Notes under the pieces: model-generated | What the model saw: only the letters and a program-made list of their open reading frames with translations | Database searches by the model: none | What the model was told of the DNA's origin: nothing | Program-made: the position numbers and the translations under genes | Source: an uncultured Candidatus Saccharibacteria bacterium | GTDB taxonomy: Bacteria; Patescibacteriota; Minisyncoccia; Phycocordibacterales; Phycocordibacteraceae | Direction: 5' to 3' | Length of the DNA: 24,000 nt | Assembly: GCA_964473795.1 (NCBI GenBank) | Contig: CAYYQT010000004.1 | Coordinates: forward strand, 24,045-48,044 | Shown here: piece by piece, positions 18,238 through 23,192 of the stretch | Layout: each line of letters begins with the position of its first letter | Numbering within the stretch: the first letter of the stretch is position 1

Positions 18238-18257
18238 AACTCCATAAAAATGGAGTT
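18238..18257. terminator. short hairpin after pheA
   Basis: AACTCCAT-aaaa-ATGGAGTT. The T-run (TTTTTC) follows only on the minus strand and an A-run precedes it on the plus strand, so the strand assignment is ambiguous. Confidence 0.35.
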
Positions 18258-18455
18258 CGAAAATACTAACAATCAAATTAAACCTTTAATTCCACTCGAT
18301 TATTAACGTGAGTTTGTATATATAATCAATAAAAGGGAGGTCTTCATGCAGAAAGCAAAAATAGTGGAATTTAGTTCCACTTCTGTTGAGTGTTTATAGG
18401 TTTCTTTTAATATCTCTTTGAATATTCCAACAAAAGCTGAAATCCTCAAAAGATA

Positions 18456-18484
18456 GGACGAGCCAAGAGTTGGCTAGCTCGTCC
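18456..18484 (-). terminator. GC-rich hairpin immediately after the 169-aa ORF
   Basis: GGACGAGC..CCAA-gag-TTGG..GCTCGTCC. On the minus strand it starts 11 nt after the TAA (18498-18496) and is followed by TATCTTTTG. Confidence 0.55.
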
Positions 18485-18495
18485 AAAAACCTAGG

Positions 18496-19005
18496 TTACT
18501 CTTGTTGATGAATGGCACGAAGCTCCTCATCTGTCATGCTGGTGAGTTCCGTTGTCATGCTGGTGGTTTCCGTCGCACAGAAATCACCATTAAACGTCAG
18601 CAGAAAGTACAACCCCTGGAGCTCAATAATCTGTCTTTTTCCTTTGTAGTGGCCAGTCGTTAAGACCACCACTCCCTCTGAGCGGATTTTTTCTTTTTCC
18701 TCCAGGAGGAGTTTTTCTTGCATGTCATTAATTTTGGAGCTGAGGTTACCCTCCGTAAAAATCTCGTCGCAGTTAGCAGCTGTGCGACGGATCTTAATTG
18801 CCTCCCTCCTCCACAACTCCTTTTGCGGTGCCGTGCCGCGTCGCTTTTCAACCTCGGCGGCTTTTTTGTACACCCGCTTGCGGTCAGCGTAGCAGGTCTT
18901 TTTTCCAGTCTTAAAGGTCTGTTTGACCTTTTTAACGGCATGCCAGTATCTCTCTTGGGTTTCTTTAAGCAAGAAACCCCTGTCTTTAGAAAAAACCTCA
19001 TACAT
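18496..19005 (-). CDS. orphan hypothetical protein (169 aa), basic N-terminal half
   Basis: Strong SD AAGGAGG lies 5 nt before the ATG (minus strand, 19005). G+C is clearly above the surroundings: 27/60 in line 18601 and 33/60 in line 18841. The K/R-rich N-terminal ~100 aa are followed by a beta-like segment (VVVLTTGHYKGKRQIIELQGLYFLLTF). The C-terminal heptad is duplicated. No family recognised. Confidence 0.65.
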   Translation of the reverse strand: MYEVFSKDRGFLLKETQERYWHAVKKVKQTFKTGKKTCYADRKRVYKKAAEVEKRRGTAPQKELWRREAIKIRRTAANCDEIFTEGNLSSKINDMQEKLLLEEKEKIRSEGVVVLTTGHYKGKRQIIELQGLYFLLTFNGDFCATETTSMTTELTSMTDEELRAIHQQE

Positions 19006-19296
19006 AACAGCCTCCTTGTGTTGAACTGGTGGAATTGTTTCAAGAAACTTGCGAAATTATTGGCACGTACCATTCCTCTGAAAGACATAAACGAATTTCA
19101 ATAACCTTTTTGTTCTTTTAAAGGCTTATCATGTTTTTAACTGCTTGCCAAGGATTGTAGTTAAACGAAACTGTAAGCTCTTTTAATATATATACAAAAA
19201 TACGTTTGTATATATGTTGTATTGTTTCATCCAAAAGTATTGTAATAATGTACAGTAAATGAAAAATTCATTGAGTGTGCTATCATTCACCACAAA

Positions 19297-19367
19297 GCGG
19301 ATATGGTTTAGTGGTAAAATACGTCCTTGCCAAGGATGAGTCGGGAGTTCGATTCTCCCTATCCGCA
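19297..19367 (+). tRNA. tRNA-Gly (anticodon GCC), no encoded CCA
   Basis: Hand-folded. The acceptor is GCGGATA/TATCCGC and the D arm is GTTTAGTGGTAAAAT. The anticodon stem CGTCC/GGATG carries loop TTGCCAA. The T arm is GGGAG-TTCGATT-CTCCC and the discriminator is A. Confidence 0.9.
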
Positions 19368-19614
19368 CAGAGTAATACTTTGTTTCTATACGTCATTTAG
19401 CACAGTTTGCGTATGTTTAAGCTGTTAAACATTTTGTAGGTATGTTTTTTGTATAAATGATTCAGTCTTTCTAGGTTATTCGTTAAGAAAATTTATTTTT
19501 CAATAAATACGAAGAAGCTGTCATTATGAATTATAGTGTTTATTATAAGAGTCTTATTAAGAAATGCCTTTCTTAAAGAGTTTTGCATTAGTGGTTTTAC
19601 TCTTTCTTTAGCTC

Positions 19615-19643
19615 TTGACAGGCAGGTCTCTATATGCTATACT
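19615..19643 (+). promoter_or_regulatory. near-consensus sigma70 promoter driving the 339-aa ORF transcript
   Basis: TTGACA (19615-19620), a 17-nt spacer, then TATACT (19638-19643). It points toward the ORF starting at 19860, which implies a leader of about 210 nt. Confidence 0.65.
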
Positions 19644-19859
19644 ATCTTAATAGAAATTTAAGTTGTTCTTTGAAAATTTGATACTTAAGTTAAGGTGAGA
19701 TTTAGATATTCCATTTTGGTTTTGATTATTTGAAATTAAAATGGAGTATCTACTCCCGTCTGGTACTGACCTCCTGGACGTAAAACATTTCACTGAGCGC
19801 ATTTTTTGCGCTCGCGCTCTACCATCAAAGAAGGGTGCTTTGCGCCCAAGGAGACCCAA

Positions 19860-20879
19860 ATGTCATACAATTCACAGAATACACCTTTTGTCATCCGTCG
19901 CAACAACGCCGATGCTGCAGCCGCGGCAGACGGCTACAACCTCAATGACCTGGAGGGTTGCATGGAAGCCGCTTACGAGGGGCAGCAGTACGTCACTCGG
20001 AACGCCTTTCGGCGTTTCAGATGCCGGATTACCGGCGAAGAGTACCTGAAAATGGACGGAGCGACCATCGATTGGAAGCACCTGTCCGGCCTCGTTCGCG
20101 AGGCGGTTGAAGCCTCTGGCTTTGAAAATTTACCATGGAATCTGGACAACTTGGTTAATGCTAATGTTGCCCCAGGTTCGTATCCGTTTTTCGCCAGCGA
20201 AGCTGGCAAGGAACGGGTGGTCAAAAAAGTGCAACGTTTTTGTGGTTGGCTTCGTGCTGCCGCAAAATTGCCGGGTGTCCGGCGTGTTATCGAGAAGACA
20301 CAGTCTTCTTGCGGCATGTGGTCACCGCGCACCTTGGTACATCTGTGGGACCTTGCGTCCCATCACCCGTCACCGGGTGCACTGGAGCGGAAGCTCTGGA
20401 GTGTCCGGCGTCGAGCAGACGCAATCTTCTCTGCTTACAAAGGAGAACAAAAAGCGTCATGGGCGAGCATTGCCCAATCACTGCTGATAACTCAGCAGAC
20501 AGGAAAAGCGGCTGTCATGGCCGTAGCGGGAACGCTTTCGGGCGATACCTTCCGCATGTACCGCAACGCCAGAGACTGGCTGGTTGAGCTGCATCTGTGC
20601 AGTAAAGCCGACCAGAGCGATGGAGTCATCGCTCGTCGTGAGGCGACGCCGCGGTTTGTTAAATTGGGTATCGCGGTTTATCGCATCGCCCTGCAAGACC
20701 AGTACCACAACTGGTCGTTCCAGTGGTTGGTGCGGACGGCCGATGGTCGTACGTATCACTCCAACTGGGGTGGAGTGATAGAGACTCTCCACGACGCACT
20801 CCATGCGTGGAAGGAGCAGGACAAACTCGCTGCGATGGAAGCCGATTTTATGGGCTTCTTAAAGGGCGAGGAGGGTTAA
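19860..20879 (+). CDS. orphan hypothetical protein (339 aa) in GC-rich foreign block
   Basis: SD AAGGAG (19848-19853) lies 6 nt before ATG 19860 (MSYNSQNTPFVIRR...). The track's start at 19806 has no SD. It is soluble, with no TM and no catalytic motif I can name. G+C is 34/60 in line 20281, against 23/60 in host line 22141. Confidence 0.7.
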   Translation: MSYNSQNTPFVIRRNNADAAAAADGYNLNDLEGCMEAAYEGQQYVTRNAFRRFRCRITGEEYLKMDGATIDWKHLSGLVREAVEASGFENLPWNLDNLVNANVAPGSYPFFASEAGKERVVKKVQRFCGWLRAAAKLPGVRRVIEKTQSSCGMWSPRTLVHLWDLASHHPSPGALERKLWSVRRRADAIFSAYKGEQKASWASIAQSLLITQQTGKAAVMAVAGTLSGDTFRMYRNARDWLVELHLCSKADQSDGVIARREATPRFVKLGIAVYRIALQDQYHNWSFQWLVRTADGRTYHSNWGGVIETLHDALHAWKEQDKLAAMEADFMGFLKGEEG

Positions 20880-21153
20880 TGCCCTCTCGTTGTCCGACAG
20901 GATTCGTATTCGGCAGGTAATTGCTCTGCCGGTACAGAATCTTGGCTGCGGGAACGTGGTTGGGCAGGTAGGGATTTTATCCCCGCAATATGGCTCATAC
21001 CGAACCTCGAAAACGGCTATGTTCGAGGTGTGGCAATGAATCTTTATCGCCACCACCACGTTGAATGTCCTTAAGTATCAAATGTGGATGGTGAGTAATC
21101 TACACACCCTCCATAGCTAAAAGGTTTGAGGAGCACCTTAGTACAAGCTCCTC

Positions 21154-21204
21154 ACTCTCTCTGGATGTGCGTCTAGACTGATGAGTCCAAAAGGACGAAA
21201 GAGT
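21154..21204 (+). ncRNA. hammerhead ribozyme, type III topology
   Basis: ACTCTC|TCTGGA-tgtgcg-TCTAGA-CTGATGA-GTCC-aaaa-GGAC-GAA-AGAGT. Core nucleotides CUGAUGA, GAA, A15.1-U16.1 and H17=C are all present. Stem I is a 6-bp hairpin, stem II is 4 bp with an AAAA loop, and stem III is an open 5-bp helix. Predicted cleavage is after C21159. Confidence 0.8.
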
Positions 21205-21320
21205 TTTGGTAATATATAAGCTCGTAACAGTAAAATGTGATATACGGTATGCAGGCTTTAATACAAATAAATGTATTTTGGTTTAAACACTAAACGTCAT
21301 TTTTATAGCTCTCGTATTTC

Positions 21321-21348
21321 AAAATACCGTCATAACACGGTATTTTTT
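21321..21348 (+). terminator. rho-independent terminator downstream of the hammerhead
   Basis: ATACCG-tcataaca-CGGTAT followed by TTTTTTG, preceded by AAA. Confidence 0.65.
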
Positions 21349-21405
21349 GTTTTATGTATCAATTTAAGGTATTTTTTGTCCTGTAGTTTTGGATGTCTTT
21401 ATAAC

Positions 21406-21435
21406 TGTGGACAAACCTGTGTATAGTGTGGATAA
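21406..21435 (-). promoter_or_regulatory. pair of DnaA-box-like 9-mers
   Basis: TGTGGATAA (21427-21435) is the perfect reverse complement of TTATCCACA. TGTGGACAA (21406-21414) has one mismatch, the same orientation and 21-nt spacing. A weaker third copy, TGTGGATTT, lies at 21526-21534 over the yraN start. Confidence 0.35.
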
Positions 21436-21526
21436 AAGACAAAGGACATTTTGTGTGTGTTTAATAGAATTCTTAAAATGTGCATAAGTATAGCCGTATT
21501 TTTCTAAGTCACGGTATACTGTCTAT

Positions 21527-21925
21527 GTGGATTTATCTAAGTCATCAAAAAAAGAAATAGGAGCTTATGGAGAGGTTGTTGCTGCTAAATATCTAAAAAA
21601 GCACGGTTTTAAGGTTTTAGACAGAAACGTTACATTTAAAATTGGTGAGATTGATATAGTTGCAAAAAAAGACCTTGTGTTACATATTGTTGAAGTAAAA
21701 AGTATCGCTTGTAATGAGTTTCCTGACACGCGTTACGGTAGTAGTGGTTTGTATAGTCCAGAGGAAAACCTTAATTACTTAAAAATACAACAGGTTTCTA
21801 GAGTAGGTCAGTGGTATATTGCTAGTAAATCTTGGGAAGGTGAGTGGCAGATTGATGGAATAACAGCTTTGTTACGTCGGCATGATGGAATGGCAAGGAT
21901 TAGTTATTTTCCACATATTGTGTAA
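21527..21925 (+). CDS. yraN: YraN family (UPF0102) endonuclease-like protein
   Basis: 132 aa with a GTG start. GAYGEVVAAKYLKKHGFKVLDRN...GEIDIVAKK...VEVKS matches the YraN PD-(D/E)xK-like pattern. Confidence 0.8.
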   Translation: MDLSKSSKKEIGAYGEVVAAKYLKKHGFKVLDRNVTFKIGEIDIVAKKDLVLHIVEVKSIACNEFPDTRYGSSGLYSPEENLNYLKIQQVSRVGQWYIASKSWEGEWQIDGITALLRRHDGMARISYFPHIV

Positions 21926-21983
21926 ACTCTGGTAGGATATAGAAACTTGCCGTACAGTGTTTGAAGAAGATACGTTTTGTGGT

Positions 21984-22057
21984 CGGGGTGTAGTATACCG
22001 GTAGTACGCATCCTTTGGGAGGATGTTGACTGGGTTCGACTCCCAGCACCCCGACCA
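21984..22057 (+). tRNA. tRNA-Pro (anticodon TGG), CCA encoded
   Basis: Hand-folded. The acceptor is CGGGGTG/CACCCCG. The anticodon stem CATCC/GGATG carries loop TTTGGGA. The T arm is CTGGG-TTCGACT-CCCAG. The discriminator is A, followed by CCA (22055-22057). Confidence 0.9.
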
Positions 22058-22124
22058 CAGTACATATCCATTATGTATCTGGTATATATTATTACGGTAA
22101 GGATATATTTATTTCATATACATT

Positions 22125-23192
22125 ATGTTGATATACGACACAGTTAAAAATTTAGTAATACTTTACAGTGAGCCAGCTGCTTATGCTGTGGTAGTCACTG
22201 TCGTGTCCGTAGTGGTTTTTGCTTTTATACAAAACAGGGTAGTCGTTCGTCTGGATAAGTTATCCAAAAAGACAAAGAACAACGTAGATGACGCTATTGT
22301 CGCGATGGTTAAAAGTATTAAACCATCGTTTTATTGGTTTTTGTCCGTATACCTTGGGTTTCAGACATTACCAATGTCTTTGTCTTTTTCGGTAATGCTT
22401 AACGGGGTGCTGTTGGCCGTTGTCCTTTGGTATGTGCTTCGTGCAGCTAGTATTGCAATAGACATGTGGCTTGCAGGTACAACGAAAGATGCTGGTGAAA
22501 AATCCGCCAGGCACTTCCTTGGAATAATTACCAAGTCCAGTTTGTGGATTGTTGCGATACTCCTACTGCTTTCTAATCTTGGGATAAACGTAACGTCTTT
22601 GGTTGCTGGCCTTGGAATAGGAGGTGTTGCCATCGCGTTTGCTTTACAAAATATACTTACAGATTTGTTTAGTTCATTTGCTATTTATTTTGACAAACCT
22701 TTTGTTGTTGGTGATTACATTGTAATTGGCGACCAGACTGGAATAGTTGAAAAGATTGGAATTAAAACTACAAGGTTGCGTGCTCTTCAGGGTGAGGAGA
22801 TTGTTATTTCTAACAAGGAGCTTACATCGACTCGTATCCAAAACTTTCATTCGATGCAGTCTAGAAGAATACAAATGACTTTTGGTATTTTATACGAAAC
22901 GCCTATTGAGACGGTTTCTGCACTTCCTAAAAAAATAAAAGACATGGTGGCTGGTATAAGTGGTATTAAAATAGATAGAGTTCATTTTTACGGATTTGGA
23001 AACTCGTCACTTGATTTTGCACTTGTTTATTACGTCGAGTCTGGTGAGTATTCTGAATACATGGATAAGCAGCAAGAAATAAACCTTTCTATTTTGAAAT
23101 TGTTTAGAAAAGAGAACGTTGAGTTTGCATACCCAACTCAAACTGTGTATATGTCTTCGACTGCTACTGACTCGAAGAAAGGGCTTGAGTAA
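22125..23192 (+). CDS. mechanosensitive ion channel, MscS family
   Basis: 355 aa with several N-terminal TMs. The pore helix and beta domain read GLGIGGVAIAFALQNILTDLFSSFAIYFDKPFVVGDYIVIGDQTGIVEKIGIKTTRLR, which is typical of MscS. Confidence 0.85.
   Translation: MLIYDTVKNLVILYSEPAAYAVVVTVVSVVVFAFIQNRVVVRLDKLSKKTKNNVDDAIVAMVKSIKPSFYWFLSVYLGFQTLPMSLSFSVMLNGVLLAVVLWYVLRAASIAIDMWLAGTTKDAGEKSARHFLGIITKSSLWIVAILLLLSNLGINVTSLVAGLGIGGVAIAFALQNILTDLFSSFAIYFDKPFVVGDYIVIGDQTGIVEKIGIKTTRLRALQGEEIVISNKELTSTRIQNFHSMQSRRIQMTFGILYETPIETVSALPKKIKDMVAGISGIKIDRVHFYGFGNSSLDFALVYYVESGEYSEYMDKQQEINLSILKLFRKENVEFAYPTQTVYMSSTATDSKKGLE

Noticed and set aside
18660-19104. The alternative 142-aa minus-strand ORF (18660-19088) and the antisense 128-aa ORF (18718-19104) overlapping the 169-aa ORF.
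   Set aside because: Only the 169-aa frame has a strong SD (AAGGAGG) at correct spacing and a terminator right after its stop. The others are off-frame, Arg-rich translations.
19146-19157. A 12-nt copy (CTTGCCAAGGAT) of the tRNA-Gly anticodon arm 170 nt upstream of the tRNA, considered as a possible att-site duplicate.
   Set aside because: It lies on the 5' side of the intact tRNA and only about 170 nt away, so it cannot bracket either GC-rich block. No other tRNA-derived sequence surrounds it. A 12-mer match is within reach of chance. It is worth keeping in mind only if a related empty site becomes available.
19183-19368. A 61-aa minus-strand ORF overlapping tRNA-Gly.
   Set aside because: It is the antisense of a well-folded tRNA plus AT-rich spacer, so it is an artefact.
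19741-20049. Alternative starts and frames at the 5' end of the GC-rich block: the track start at 19806 and the 102-aa ORF at 19741-20049.
   Set aside because: Neither has an SD, while ATG 19860 has AAGGAG at ideal spacing. The 102-aa ORF is out of frame and Arg/Pro/Ser-rich, as is typical for off-frame translation of GC-rich DNA.
19872-21059. Many overlapping ORFs on both strands within 19872-21059 (e.g. 19973-20332, 20107-20487, 20240-20587, 20478-20804, 20859-21059).
   Set aside because: Long spurious ORFs are expected in GC-rich sequence because stop codons are scarce. They have no SDs and Arg/Cys/Pro-rich compositions, and all are nested in the better-supported 339-aa frame.
20990-21064. 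A 24-codon ORF in the 3' structured region (MAHTEPRKRLCSRCGNESLSPPPR, containing CxxC).
   Set aside because: It has no SD, and the ATG is preceded by a GGGAU/AUCCC hairpin. It is more simply explained as part of the structured non-coding RNA.
21201-21230. An alternative type I reading of the hammerhead using the downstream GAG...CTC (GAGTTTTGGTAATATATAAGCTCGTA) as a closed stem III.
   Set aside because: The nucleotide opposite A15.1 would be G, not U, and no NUH cleavage triplet follows. The upstream ACTCT-C strand satisfies all constraints, so type III is the consistent fold.
15475-21535. Calling either DnaA-box-containing spacer (15475-15483 or 21406-21535) the chromosomal origin.
   Set aside because: There are only one and two-to-three boxes respectively, no dnaA or dnaN nearby, and no clear DNA-unwinding-element repeats. 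Relaxed boxes also occur inside genes.
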